A model generated the notes under the pieces. That model had not been told where the DNA came from. It saw only the letters and a list, made by a program, of their open reading frames with translations, and did no database searches. Below are positions 1-12,587 of a DNA stretch of 64,000 bases, in pieces; the first letter of the stretch is position 1; every line of letters begins with the position of its first letter. The stretch covers positions 8,184,001-8,248,000 of the forward strand of contig OX597816.1 of NCBI GenBank assembly GCA_951406725.2. Direction: 5' to 3'. A program made the translations under genes and the position numbers. This DNA comes from Octopus vulgaris. Its lineage: Eukaryota.

Positions 1-373
1 AGTATACACATCAACAAATGTCTCTGGCAGATCTTCCATCTAAAGTGATTCGGCAGAGTGCCAAACATGACCTGTGGGAAAGGGCCAACCAGGAGCCCCT
101 ACATGTTCAGATTAGACGAAGGAAATGGAGATGGATCGGACACACACTGCGGAAAGAACCCTCAAATGTGACACGACAAGCACTTGACTGGAACCCGCAG
201 AGGATAAGGAAGCGAGGACGCTGGAAATAGACATGGAATCGGAGCATTTTGGGCGAGCTCAGGACCGCCGGCCTGACATGGGAAGCAGTCAAGACCACAA
301 AAAGTGGAAAACAGCTGTTGAAGCCCTATGCTTCACAAGGGGCGAAAAGGATCAAGAAGAAGAAGAAGAAGAA
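1..373 (+). mobile_element. RTE-clade non-LTR retrotransposon, 3' end fragment with (GAA)n tail
   Basis: ORF 18..230 carries the RTE C-terminal signature [15 protein letters not shown]...[16 protein letters not shown]; a broken continuation (WKTAVEALC) is followed by a GAA repeat tail at about 355-373. Confidence 0.8.
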
Positions 374-542
374 GCTTCTAATCCTCTTTTAGTCAAACAC
401 TTACAAAACCTTATTCAGTTCAGTTAAAAAGCTTGGGAAAGCAACACATTGTAAACCACACTAGAATCGGCGAAAACATTTGTCTGCACGCAGGATATGC
501 ATCGCCCCTCCGATGCCTTTTTTTTACATCTGCTTTCTGATA

Positions 543-568
543 GAGAAAGAGAGAGGGAGAGAGAGAGA

Positions 569-614
<46 letters not shown>

Positions 615-636
615 GGGAGTGAGTGAGTGAAAGAGA
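543..636. repeat. (GA)n microsatellite
   Basis: Direct reading. Confidence 0.95.
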
Positions 637-1202
637 CCGAGGGTTCTTTTTTTTTTTTTGAATTTCGAGAGAATGGGATCTAATGAAAACGAATGACAAC
701 TTTTGTTGTTACCTAAGTTTCTAAACAAACGTCATTTAGCAAATTTGTTTATTATTTGACAGAACTCGGTGTGTTGCACGCACGAGCGTGTGTCTGTGCC
801 CATTCGTATAAACGGACATTATTTCCGATTTCTTTGTCAGCATTTCTGAAGATAGTTTTTTTTTTTTTTTGTAATATGCTAGTATAGTGATGAACAAAGT
901 TCTTATATTTTGCGGTTTTTATGGGTCAGATTCCCTTCAGATGTTTTCATACACAAGAACTTATAGGTCAAAACATTTTAACGTGACAATGCATATTTTG
1001 GTCTAAAGAAAAAGAAAGAACACATATAAAAACAAATTAGGTGTGTGTGTGTGTGTGTTATATTATGTTATACTATATTATTAGCTATTAGTGATAGAAG
1101 CAGCGTTTGTAACGAATATTAGTAAGCGAATCCAAACTAACTTGGGTGAGTTGCTTATAACGCCCAGTACCGCGGTAAATGCTCCAACAAATGTTTATTG
1201 GT

Positions 1203-1780
1203 TGTCCCATTTAGTATTTGCCTGGTGTTTGATCCCCCTCAGTTTAATATTAAGGAAGGCAAAGGCAGGATATAAGTTCTGAAATAGTAAGGGGAAAATT
1301 AACCAATTGCTCTCCATGGGTGATCTGAAACTTTTTAGGAAGAATGAAAAAGAGATTCCTTAATACAGACTCTTCAGCAAAGATGTAGGCATGGAATTTG
1401 GGACAGACAAGTGTGCAATATTGGTCATGAAAAGGGGACAGGTAGTGAACAGCGAAGGTATCCAATTACCAGATGGTCAGACATTAAAATCATTGAAAGG
1501 AGGAGGAGAGAGTTATAAGTATCTAGGAGTATTAGAAACGAAAATTGAGGAGTACATCAGACGAGTGAGGAAGCTAAAGAAGTCAAAACTAAATGGTTTG
1601 AATCTAGTGAAGGCTGTAAATACTTGGATAGTATCATTACTTAGATACTCAGCAGCTTTTGTAGATTGGGCAAAAACTGAATTAGCAAAGCTTGACAGAA
1701 GAACTAGGAAGGAATTCAATGTGAATGGAGGGTTCCACCCAAGGGCAAGAGTAGCAAGATTATACCTACATAGAAACAAA
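1203..1780 (+). mobile_element. R4/Dong-clade RT fragment (degenerate)
   Basis: Translates as LIPLSLILRKAKAGYKF...INQLLSMGDLKL...MEFGTDKCAIL...YKYLGVLE...KAVNTW...LDRRTRK...HPRARVARLYL, which aligns by eye to the RT C-half and thumb of the element at 26745-28320. Confidence 0.85.
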
Positions 1781-1789
1781 AATGCCCGT

Positions 1790-2459
1790 CTTTACTTATA
1801 GCAAATAGTATACAGCGTGCTATAGAAATATCCATAGAACAACTTAGAACAATTCCAAACAGAAACACAAGAACAGATCTTACCATTTATAGAGACACAA
1901 AATCCGTGTCACCAAAATATCTTTCACATTGACAAAGCAAGCTTATCGGTCATTGCTGAAAGTAATGAATTGAAGGATATAATCACGGATCGAACCATGA
2001 TTCTAAGTAAAAGACTTGAAACAATTATTACCAAAGGCTAAATTTGACCTAAGCAACAACGACGAATCATTCATTGTATCGAACTGCAATGATAATCGAT
2101 GTGGTACAATCAATCAGCTCATACAAACCGGTCAATATAGGAACACAAAATCCGGAAGAATATTTGCAAATGCAAATATGAACTGCAAAGGCAGAAATTT
2201 AAGTTACAGCATCAAATGCCCGGATTGTGAAGAGATATACGTTGGTCAGACGGAGAATGCATTATCGGAACGTTCACATGTGCACCGACAGCAAATTAGG
2301 GACCCTGATGTCCGTCAGGCATCCCTTTAGGCAACCATCTGGTAACATGAGGTCTGAAAAACAGTTTATGATATTCCCATTCTACAAACTACACAACTCA
2401 AGTGAAGTGGAGTGGAAAGTCAGAGAAAAAAAAAATTATTGATAAATTCAAACCCGTTT

Positions 2460-2462
<3 letters not shown>
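1790..2462 (+). mobile_element. Penelope-like element 3' fragment, GIY-YIG endonuclease (Neptune-type, with Cys-rich linker), pseudogenised
   Basis: CNDNRCGT linker, then NLSYSIKCPDCEEIYVGQTENALSERSHVHRQQI; continues across frameshifts to FPFYKL...REK..IDKFKP. Confidence 0.85.
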
Positions 2463-2490
<28 letters not shown>

Positions 2491-2560
2491 ACTACTACTG
2501 CTACTACCACTACTACTACTACCACCACCACCACCATCACTGGTACCACTAACAACAATA
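2458..2560. repeat. Compound (CTA/CTG/CCA)n trinucleotide repeat
   Basis: Direct reading. Confidence 0.9.
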
Positions 2561-2718
2561 AAAATAAAGGCGATGGTGAGGAATGGTAATAGTCCTAACC
2601 ATATCAACATTGAGTTTCTGGAAAATTGCAACAATAGAATTCAATGAAAACAGGAATGTTGTTTACAACATTCCAAAATATAGCAAAACAATTATTGCTT
2701 TAGGTGCGGCCAAAGTAA

Positions 2719-3335
2719 AGAATCCTTGATCTGTCCATCAAACCGTGACGTCCAAGCCGCATACCAATTGACTAAAATATCTCGTTGGAAAAAGCGGGAT
2801 AAATGCTAACCAAATTGACGCATTCACCAAACCGTGACATCTAAGCTACATATATATATATATATATATATAATTAGCGTTCGTAATACTTTTTTTCGTT
2901 CGGCTTAACAGCCCTTCTTGTCTTGTTATTTTCCTTGTCCTGTCCTTTACTGCTTATATTTTGTACTGTCGTTACTGTCCTGTTTTTGTTACCATTTTTA
3001 CCCCTCTGCAAAAAGATCTCAAATTTTATTTGATTTGCTTTTCGCAGGAAGGAAAGTTTCTTTCGAAGATACGTCTCGCCTTTACCTTCGAAACGTAGAG
3101 TAGATGAAACCATGGCGACTGAAGAAGGGTTTTTTTCCTTGTGTTATTTGTCCTGTACTCTATTTTTTTGTTGTTTAAGAAAAATGTCCAGTTCCTTGGG
3201 TTTGTGTCTATGTTTTCGTTTCTCATTGTGTTCGACGTTTTTTTGGTGTCCTGTATTCACATATGCGTGTATATATATATGTAGAGGTAGGTACGTACAT
3301 ATATGTATATATATATGCATATGTTTTATTTATTA

Positions 3336-3405
<70 letters not shown>

Positions 3406-3770
3406 AGTTTGTATGATGGTGTATAGAATATATTAATCAATGAAAATCTGATTTTCACATTTTATTATTTACAATTTTACAATAAGGAAATAATAAACTA
3501 GTATTTTCATGCATTACGCAATCATCAGGTTTATTTAGTGACAGTCGTGTTCCACATTTGACAACTGTAATGAAATGGTTAGATTTGTCCTTTAAGTACC
3601 CCCCGGAAAATCCGAAACTGTATTTCGACCAATCAGAATGTAGCTTAGATGTCACGGTTTGGTGAATGCGTCAATTTGGTTAGCATTTATCCCGCTTTTT
3701 CCAACGAGATACTTTAATCAATTGGTGTGCGGCTTGGACGTCACGGTTTGATGGACAGGTCAAGGATTCT
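2719..3770. repeat. Inverted repeat pair, about 133 bp arms (2719-2851 and 3638-3770)
   Basis: AGAATCCTTGA...CTAAGCTACAT is the reverse complement of ATGTAGCTTAG...TCAAGGATTCT with a few mismatches. Confidence 0.9.
3492..3535 (-). ncRNA. Minimal type I hammerhead ribozyme motif
   Basis: Minus strand AATAAAC-CTGATGA-TTGCGTAATGCAT-GAAA-ATAC-TA-GTTTATT: 7 bp stem I, intact core, short stem II, 1 bp stem III with tetraloop. Confidence 0.75.
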
Positions 3771-4064
3771 ATATATAAAAACCTGTCCTGTTCTTGTCAC
3801 ATTTTTTTCTTTCCTTGTTTTTACCCCTCGGCAAAGGAATTTTATTTAATTCTTTTGCAGGAAGGATTGATTCGACGGGTCGTGTTCTGTCCTTACCTTC
3901 GAAACACGCATGGAGTCGAACCAGGGACAGCTGATGAAGGGGAATTTTCCTTGCATTGTTTGTCTTGTACTCTGTTTTTTCGTTGTTAAAAAAAGTCCGT
4001 TTCCATGTTTGTTTTTATGTTTTCGTTTCTCGTTGAGTTCTACGTCTATTTGTGGTGTCCTGTA

Positions 4065-4142
<78 letters not shown>

Positions 4143-4249
4143 TCCGTAATAATGAAGGGTGAAATTAATTAATTTGGAATAATTATCAATTACACCAAGT
4201 AGTCTTCGGCATGTAAAAGCCTCATTCGAGGAAAATTTAAGTAATACTA

Positions 4250-4333
4250 AGCAATAAAGGGTTTAGCAACGAATTGCCTTACCACAGACCGAATTTAGAA
4301 ATAGCAGTCAAAGAGTTATAGCTATTTCTTCTA

Positions 4334-4414
<81 letters not shown>

Positions 4415-4505
4415 TTTTTAGTAGAAGAAATAGCTATAACTCTTTGACTGCTATTTCTAAATTCGGTCTGTGGTAAGGCAATTCGTTGCTAAACCCTTTA
4501 TTGCT
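4250..4505. repeat. 88 bp inverted repeat (4250-4337 / 4418-4505) around a (TA)n tract; same family as 11825-12546
   Basis: AGCAATAAAGGGTTTAGCAACG...CTACTAA and its reverse complement; matches 12350-12430. Confidence 0.9.
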
Positions 4506-4506
4506 A

Positions 4507-4583
<77 letters not shown>

Positions 4584-4703
4584 TGTATATATATATATGC
4601 ATGTATATATACATGTAGATGTAGGTACGTACATATATGTATGTATGTATGCATATATTTTATTTATTACATTATATATATATATATATATACACACACA
4701 AAC

Positions 4704-4994
4704 ACACAAATATGAGAGAGAATCCACAATGTGGACGCTCTTACGGTAGATATAGATCCGCAAAGGAACTCAACCACAAAGAATTGTTCTCAAGAAAAAA
4801 TTTTAGTACACTAAGAACGTAAGCGAGCAGGACAAATGAAAAATATTTTTGTTATTTTTCATTTGTCCTACTCGCTTACGTTCTTAGTGTACTAAACAAT
4901 TTTCTTGAGAACAATTCTTAGTGGTTGAGTTCCTTTGCGGATCTATATCTAGCGTAAGAGCGTCCACATAGTGGATTCTCTCTCATATTTGTGT
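4704..4994. repeat. Fold-back of about 142 bp arms with a 7 nt loop
   Basis: 4704-4845 is the reverse complement of 4853-4994 with a handful of mismatches; a diverged relative lies at about 45720-45860. Confidence 0.9.
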
Positions 4995-5095
4995 ATTAAT
5001 AATATTTACTGAATCTCAGTCTTTTATACGCTAGGCCACTGGTGTTTAAATTGATGTTATTAAATTAAGATCCAATTTTTTCACCCTCATTTTGA

Positions 5096-5238
<143 letters not shown>

Positions 5239-5538
5239 CATCATGCAAACTCGGATTTCCACCTTGGCATCCGAAACTCGGAGTTTTATCATGGCTACCG
5301 AATAATTGTCACATATTATATTTACATATATATATATATATTATAAATAGATGAGTGTATTTTACCTTGTTAACAATTAACACGGATAAATGAATGAATA
5401 GTTACCAGGGCAGCAAAATCTCACAAGTAAAGATGTTGTAACTCCTTGTTTATAAAGGTTGAAACTTCGTGTTTACGTTGAATATTTGAATAATAGGAAT
5501 AAAAATGGAGTCAACGCAGGTTTAAACAAGTATTTTTT

Positions 5539-5623
5539 CTTTCTACATATGTTTCAAAAATTCCACTGATACTTATTCAAAAGAATAAAAGGTATAAACA
5601 ATGCAATCTTCTCTTCGGGAAAG
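5539..5623 (-). ncRNA. Type I hammerhead motif (U4C core, long stem II), left palindrome arm
   Basis: Reverse complement of 6480-6564. Confidence 0.65.
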
Positions 5624-6479
5624 TGAAAAAACGAAACTTGTCAATACGACATTTTAGCAAAAAATGATGGATTCGTATAGCGATAGACAGAACGCTATTA
5701 ATATTGTTTAAAAAAACGTTATATGATATAACGTCATAAGTAGCTAACAGAAAGAGTAGGGATATTAATAGTGAATGTTAAATATAAAGGAAATTAAAGT
5801 CTAAACTATATATATAATGATAGAGACTACTTATATACACTAAATGTATGCTTTTGCCAATGCTTACATCTGTATGCTCGTTCTATAACCGTGTTTACTA
5901 GAGTATTTTTAGAAAAAATAATGAAAAATAGCTCAGAATTGCAGAGAAGACAGAATTTCTTGCCTTTGTCATATGGTATCGAAATTGAGAGGATCAACCA
6001 TTCCAAATGAAATTGTTCATTGTGGTCTTTTAAAAGACCACAATGAACAATTTCATTTGGAATGGTCTTTTAAAAGACCACAATGAATAATTTCATTTGG
6101 AATGGTTGATCCTCTCAATTTCGATACCATATGACAAAGGCAAGAAATTCTGTCTTCTCTGCAATTCTGAGCTATTTTTCATTATTTTTTCTAAAAATAC
6201 TCTAGTAAACACGGTTATAGAACGAGCATACAGATGTAAGCATTGGCAAAAGCATACATTTAGTGTATATAAGTAGTCTCTATCATTATATATATAGTTT
6301 AGACTTTAATTTCCTTTATATTTAACATTCACTATTAATATCCCTACTCTTTCTGTTAGCTACTTATGACGTTATATCATATAACGTTTTTTTAAACAAT
6401 ATTAATAGCGTTCTGTCTATCGCTATACGAATCCATCATTTTTTGCTAAAATGTCGTATTGACAAGTTTCGTTTTTTCA

Positions 6480-6564
6480 CTTTCCCGAAGAGAAGATTGC
6501 ATTGTTTATACCTTTTATTCTTTTGAATAAGTATCAGTGGAATTTTTGAAACATATGTAGAAAG
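6480..6564 (+). ncRNA. Type I hammerhead motif (U4C core, long stem II), right palindrome arm
   Basis: CTTTC-CCGAAGA-GAAGATTGCATTG...CAGTGGAATTTTT-GAAAC-ATAT-GTA-GAAAG: 5 bp stem I, stem III AC/GT with palindromic ATAT loop, GUA site. Confidence 0.65.
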
Positions 6565-6606
6565 AAAAAATACTTGTTTAAACCTGCGTTGACTCCATTT
6601 TTTATT

Positions 6607-6664
<58 letters not shown>

Positions 6665-7065
6665 CGCAGGAGTGGCTCTGTGGTAAGTGGCTCGCTTACC
6701 AACCACATATATTATGTATGTATGAATATGTATACATGTACGTGTATATATGTTTATATATGCATGACTGTGCATGCAAGTCTATATAATACACACGCGC
6801 CCGTGCACGCGAGTATCTTTCTTCTTTTCCATTTTATTATAACGGACGTTATAGGATGATGAAGATGATGGTGATGATGGGGCAGTGGTGGTGGTGATCT
6901 ATAGATGTTTCATCGTGCTGATAAAGCAATCTTATGATTACAAAAGTTGAAGTCATGAACATCCTTTCTGTTCGAAGTACGCAGGATTACATCGTCCAAT
7001 CTGCCCAGTATTTACTTAAGACATAAGGGTATTTACTTAAGATATAAAGGTATTTCGCTACTATT

Positions 7066-7299
7066 TCTTATTTCTTTATTTCCCACAAGGGGCTAAACAT
7101 AGAGAGGACAAACAAGAACACACAAACAGTTTAAGCCGATTACATCGACCCCAGTGCGTAACTGGTACTTAATTTATCGACTCCGAAAGGATGAAAGGCA
7201 AAGTCGACTTCGGCGGAATTTGAACTCAGAAGGTAGCGGCAGACGAAATCCCACTAAGCATTTCGCCCGGCGTGCTAACGATTCTGCCAGCTCGCCGCC
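7066..7299 (-). mobile_element. tRNA-derived SINE family B (Meta-domain-like core)
   Basis: Head GGCGGCGAGCTGGCAGAATCGTTAGC, B-box GAGTTCAAATTCC, core GTCGACTTTGCCTTTCATCCTTTCGG; flanked by TSD-like TTCGCTRCTATTTCT. Confidence 0.85.
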
Positions 7300-7584
7300 T
7301 TTCGCTGCTATTTCTAAGTGGTCGATCGAACGCATTCTGTGAGATAAACAGACCGTTTATCTACCACGTACACTGTCACTTATCTCACCCTGTTTATCTC
7401 TGTTTGTCCAACTGTCACAATTACATTTTCTTCACTCAATCCTACTGTTTCACTCGTTATATCTATGGCATTCATATGTGCGTACGTGTGTGTGCGTGCG
7501 TGTGTGATACTGTGTGTGTGTGTGTGTGTGTGATATTGATACTATTGTGAGCGATCGCAATTTGCCAGGACAATATTCTTGCCG

Positions 7585-7620
<36 letters not shown>

Positions 7621-8226
7621 AACTGGCACTCCAACGGTTACGGTGACGAATATTCCCGTTGATCCGCTTAATGGAACAGCCTACTCGTTACTAAAGTAGC
7701 TAGAGGCGGTGGCGGCGGCATTCTCATGGGGGGGGGGCAGCACCACTTTTGGCTCTGCTGTAGACCGTAAGCCTGTAATATGCTATATGGAAATCAAATA
7801 ATAGCGGTTTTAATGTCAGGACACGGACACTACTCACCGTTAAATGTAACAAACGATAGAGTAACACGTGATCTGTTTATCGTTTGAAACGTAGATACCC
7901 ATTCGACGATATCGCTTACAATATATATGTCTGGTGTCAGCCATTTCTTTTCCTTATATGGTCGTATCACATGATCCCAAGCTCTGTCTTTCGTAACCTT
8001 ATATATAAACACTGTAAACAGTGGAATCACTTCAGTGTCATCTAACTCATTATCTTTGGACTGAAATTCAGATTTCTTGTTCCGAAATTCAAGAGTTAGA
8101 AGTAAATGTTGATAAAGCTGTTCAAGTATCTCAGAAAGATCTACGCAAAATATTGATACTGCTGTGTAAGAAGAGGCGATCGCAATTTGCCAGGACAATT
8201 TTCTTGCCGTTATGCCAAAGCTGTAA

Positions 8227-8620
8227 TCTCTCTCTAAATATAAAGCTGAAGTTGTCTGTGTATGGCAGGTTTGGTAGCCTTCAACTAACACTATCTCCTC
8301 CGAGACGCTGAGGCGCAAGTTGATCAAAATTGAGAGTATGATAGAAGAAGGCTTGCTCTTCATTCCGTAGAAGAAAAAATTCAAATCGGACCATGTTAAC
8401 ACCAAAAATTATTTACATCAAAAAGGTGCTTTTTTTCTATGAAAATCCCTATTTTTTACGATTTTTTTACTGCTGTGTCGCCATTTTTCGGTGTATTTCA
8501 ACCAGAAAACTTTTCACTTAAAGAGAATAACAAGCTACATAATGGAAAATTTTTACTTTTCAAAAATTCCAATTCTAAAGGGTCGAAACAAACCCGAGTA
8601 ACGCCGGGCGATACTGCTAG
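8227..8620 (+). mobile_element. Non-autonomous Helitron, family 1
   Basis: 5' TC start, 3' hairpin CCCGAGTAACGCCGGG about 8 nt before terminal CTAG, inserted at A|T with no TSD; copies at 39718-40096 and 52236-52616. Confidence 0.85.
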
Positions 8621-8840
8621 TAGTTAAATAATGTACGTAATATATTTTGAAGTTGCTTTGTTTTTGGAGGGTTTTTTTTGTAAATTTAGAAAAGCATTCT
8701 TTTGCTTCACGGATTTTTTTTTCATAATGTGTTATTCGTCAAAAATGTAGAATTTGTGACTTGTAGTATTTAGCATCATCACTATAATCTCAAGTTCTCA
8801 TCTTTTTAAAAAATATTTTAGACCCTCATTCTATCCCCAG

Positions 8841-9176
8841 ATGAAGCGAACTAAAGAAAGTGGTGCTGCTTATTGGCAAAAGAGAAAGGCAAGAGAAGAA
8901 TTATTAAACAAGAATAAAGGGGAACTATTGGAATACATCAGTCGTATAGAAACTACTACTATTGAATCTGAAGGAGTTTGAGAATCATACACTCTTTAAT
9001 TGCAGAAACAACAATAAAAATACTGAAGTCTTTTTCTCTTATCAATGTCGTCGTGGTCGTGTTCTATTTGACACTCATATTTATCACCCAGAAGATTTAA
9101 CGGGGCTAGGAAGGCATATTTCTCAGCAAATTCATGAAGCTGTTGAAATCCCAAAATTATTTCTTGAATCACTCTT

Positions 9177-9228
<52 letters not shown>

Positions 9229-9545
9229 TATATCTCAATATTATTTCTTGAATCACTCTGTCCAGTGAAGAAATCATTTCTCTTTCCAATTCAATGTCGT
9301 ATGGCAATCCGGCGTCTTGAGATTCTTCACCAAACATTTGTTTCTCCTTTTTAGGTCGACTCTGACGCTTCACGACTCTCCAGATCTAGATTCTTTCTTG
9401 TGGAAGAAAATATTTCGGGACCAGCAGCATACAGAGTGGACATAACAGATGTTGAACCGTGGCCAAGAAAGATTTCCGATGGCACACGAATCTCTCTGGT
9501 ACTTCAAAGTGCGTCAGTGGTTCAAAATCTAGATTCTCATTTTGG
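8841..9545 (+). pseudogene. hAT transposase N-terminal remnant (ZMYM1/Tip100-like)
   Basis: MKRTKESGAAYWQKRKAREELLNKNKGELLEYI at 8841 and DITDVEPWPRKISDGTRISLVLQSASVVQNLDSHF at about 9440-9543 resemble the SGA-K-rich leader and D-x-x-x-W-P pre-TTF motif of these transposases; broken by stops and (TA)n. Confidence 0.55.
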
Positions 9546-9688
9546 AGAAAGAATCTAGATCTGGAGAGTCGACCTAAAAAGGAGAAACAAGTGTTTGGTG
9601 AAGAATCTCAAGACGCCGGATTGCCATACGACATTGAATTGGAAAGAGAAATGATTTCTTCACTGGACAGAGTGATTCGAGAAATAAT
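9240..9688. repeat. Inverted duplication of about 145 bp (9240-9398 / 9546-9688) bounded by (TA)n tracts
   Basis: Reverse-complement match; the left arm has an extra about 15 bp. Confidence 0.9.
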
Positions 9689-9745
9689 TTTGATATATAT
9701 ATATTAATACACACACACACACACACATACACACACATACACACT

Positions 9746-9837
<92 letters not shown>

Positions 9838-9851
9838 CATACATACATACA

Positions 9852-9888
<37 letters not shown>

Positions 9889-9892
9889 ACGC

Positions 9893-10134
9893 ACCCTTTT
9901 AAAGCCTATCCAGGCTCATGGGCCCGGTTTCCCGGTTTCAATGGTGTATGTGTTCCCCAGTTGGACGGGACGCCAGTCCATCGCAGCGTTACTCATTTTT
10001 GCCAGCTGAGTGGACTGGAGCAACATGAAGTGAAGTGTTTTGCTCAAGAACACAATGCATCGCCCAGTCCAGGAATCGAAACCACAATCTTACGATCATG
10101 ATGCTGACACCCTAACCACTAAGTCACGCGCCTC
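9893..10134 (-). mobile_element. tRNA-derived SINE family D (V-domain-like 3' part)
   Basis: Minus strand GGAGGCGCGTGACTTAGTGGTTAGGG...GGTTTCGATTCC, then TGCGATGGACTGGCGTCCCGTCC...GAAACCGGG; relatives at about 23755-24040, 42095-42212, 43490-43565 and 43985-44110. Confidence 0.75.
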
Positions 10135-10149
10135 CCCCCCCACACACAC

Positions 10150-11255
10150 ACATATAATTCATATTTACAGAAAACAAAAGACGATGGTGTAGGAACAACA
10201 AGAAAGTGTATTAGTTTAACGCTCGGGAAGAATGGAGAAGTCTTTTACGTTTCGAGTCTACCCTCTTCGAAAGAAAGGATTTAGACTGGGCAAAAAGGGG
10301 AGATAATGAAAAATAAATGGAGAGAGAAAAAATAATTTTTGTCGGGATTAACGGTTCAACATGACGAAAGACCCAGAAGGCTAAACGAAAGGGATATAAT
10401 TACGGTGATTGGGCAAACGAATTTATTCTCGCGTGTGTATGTGAGAATGGTGTGTGTGAGTGTGTATGTATGGATGGAGGTGAGTGTGTGAGTATGTATG
10501 TGTGGGGAGATGAAAAATATGTGGACCTGTGTGTGTATGTGTGTGACCCAGTGCGTACATTATGTGGAGTGATATGTGTTATATGTACTGGTATGTATGT
10601 GTGTATCCATATGGACGTGTGCATGTGTGCGATTATCAGGCCTTATGTGCTTGCGTGGGTGGGAGTGTGCATGTGGTGTGTGTTCTGTGTTGAATAGTGT
10701 GTAGGCTTGCTCGTATAGTGGTATGTGGGGCGACGCTACTGAAGGGTGTGTGTGGATGTGTGGATACTGGTGTGTGATGTGGATGATGAGAAGTATTCGG
10801 TGCCAGTGTGTGTGGAGTGGGGAGGTATTTGTGGGTGTGTGAAGTGTGTAATGAGTTGAATAGTGTGTATGGGTGTTCGTATAGTTGTGTTTCTATGGTG
10901 ACGGTACTGAGGTAGGCGGTATGCAGGAGTGTAGGTGGAGGGAAGTGACAGGTGAATGTAGGAGATGTATGGGAATCATTGTGAAGTGGTGTCACATGAA
11001 GAGATGTAGCGAGTTGAGCCCAAAAGGCGCGAAAGAACTAAGGGAGAAGATTAATTCCTGTTTACGGCGAAGGCGAGAGTCCGGGTCGCTCCTGCGCAGA
11101 GACAGTTCGAACACAGTCAAATGTTGTAGCGAATGACCGGTAGAGCGGAAATGGCGCGAGGCTGGGATGTCATTGCCGAGTGTTATGTCTCGAAGGTACT
11201 CCGCGACCCGATCAGCCAAGCGACGTCCCGTTTGACCGATGTACTGGGAAGGACA
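10150..11255 (-). mobile_element. Penelope-like element 3' end: GIY-YIG C-terminus plus long (CA)-rich 3' region with degenerate hammerhead
   Basis: CPSQYIGQTGRRLADRVAEYLRDI...PASRHF...RLRRKQELIFSL...PFGLN; HHR-like CTTT-CTTTCGA-AGAG..CTC-GAAACGTA-AAAG at 10242-10277 (-). Confidence 0.85.
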
Positions 11256-11261
11256 GATTGG

Positions 11262-11732
<471 letters not shown>

Positions 11733-11738
11733 CTATAT

Positions 11739-12540
11739 AAAAGGGGGATCTCAGTAAAAACACAGCACTTGAAAGGCAAACACAGACAGGTAAGAAAGAA
11801 AGAATGAAATGACGGCAATCTATCATTCGTTGCTAAACCCTTAATTACTTAGTATTACTTAAATTTTCCTCGAATGGGGCTTTTACATGCCGAAATCTAC
11901 TTGGTGTAATTGATAATTATCCCTAATTAATTAATTTCACCCTTTATTATTACTGATAACCATATTTTATCCCAGTAAATGACCGCAGCATTTTGTCTTG
12001 GCTACACGCGGGTGGAAGGGGGCTGGTGACACAAACTTTCATTCAAACTTTGAATTTCGTGGTACTGGTCATGCTTTGGCTCGCTCTGACACTGAGTTGA
12101 GATGATGCATTCTAGTATCTCAAAATTTAATATACAATTATTCATAATTGTAGTATCCTGCGCCGATGAGAGAAGAAGTTTGGGTAAAGTAGAATTTTCT
12201 AATTCTTATGCTCTCCTAAAACTTGATCTCGAAACGTACGTCCGTAGGTAACTTAAAATTGCATGATAGATTGCCGTCATTTCATTCTTTCTTTCTTACC
12301 TGTCTGTGTTTGCCTTTCAAGTGCTGTGTTTTTACTGAGATCCCCCTTTTAGTAGAAGGAATAGCTATATCTCTTTGACTGCTATTTCTAAATTCGGTGT
12401 GTTGGTGAGGCAATTCGTTGCTAAACCCTTAATTACTTAGTATTACTTAAATTTTCCTCGAATGGGGCTTTTACATGCCGAAATCTACTTGGTGTAATTG
12501 ATAATTATCCCTAATTAATTAATTTCACCCTTTATTATTA

Positions 12541-12546
<6 letters not shown>
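11739..12546 (+). mobile_element. HHR-bearing non-autonomous element: 588 bp unit plus 134 bp terminal redundancy plus 88 bp inverted 5' segment, within (TA)n
   Basis: Direct repeat 11825-11958 = 12413-12546; inverted repeat 11739-11826 / 12263-12350; HHR at 12157-12248. Confidence 0.8.
12157..12248 (+). ncRNA. Type I hammerhead motif (U4C core, 61 nt stem II domain)
   Basis: CCTGCG-CCGATGA-GAGA AG AAGTTT...AAACTT GA TCTC-GAAAC-GTAC-GTC-CGTAGG: 6 bp stem I, G10.1-C11.1, palindromic GTAC loop III, GUC site. Confidence 0.75.

Positions 12547-12587
<41 letters not shown>

Larger units (their letters stand above)
5494..6610. repeat. Near-perfect palindrome of about 1.1 kb (about 538 bp arms) with a 40 bp tandem duplication at its centre
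   Basis: Symmetry axis TGGTCTTTT|AAAAGACCA at 6031/6032, repeated at 6071/6072; I saw only a 1 bp homopolymer indel and one substitution near the centre between the arms. Confidence 0.95.

Noticed and set aside
7830-8405. 191 aa minus-strand ORF
   Set aside because: Begins in a Helitron antisense strand and runs into flank; no recognisable domain
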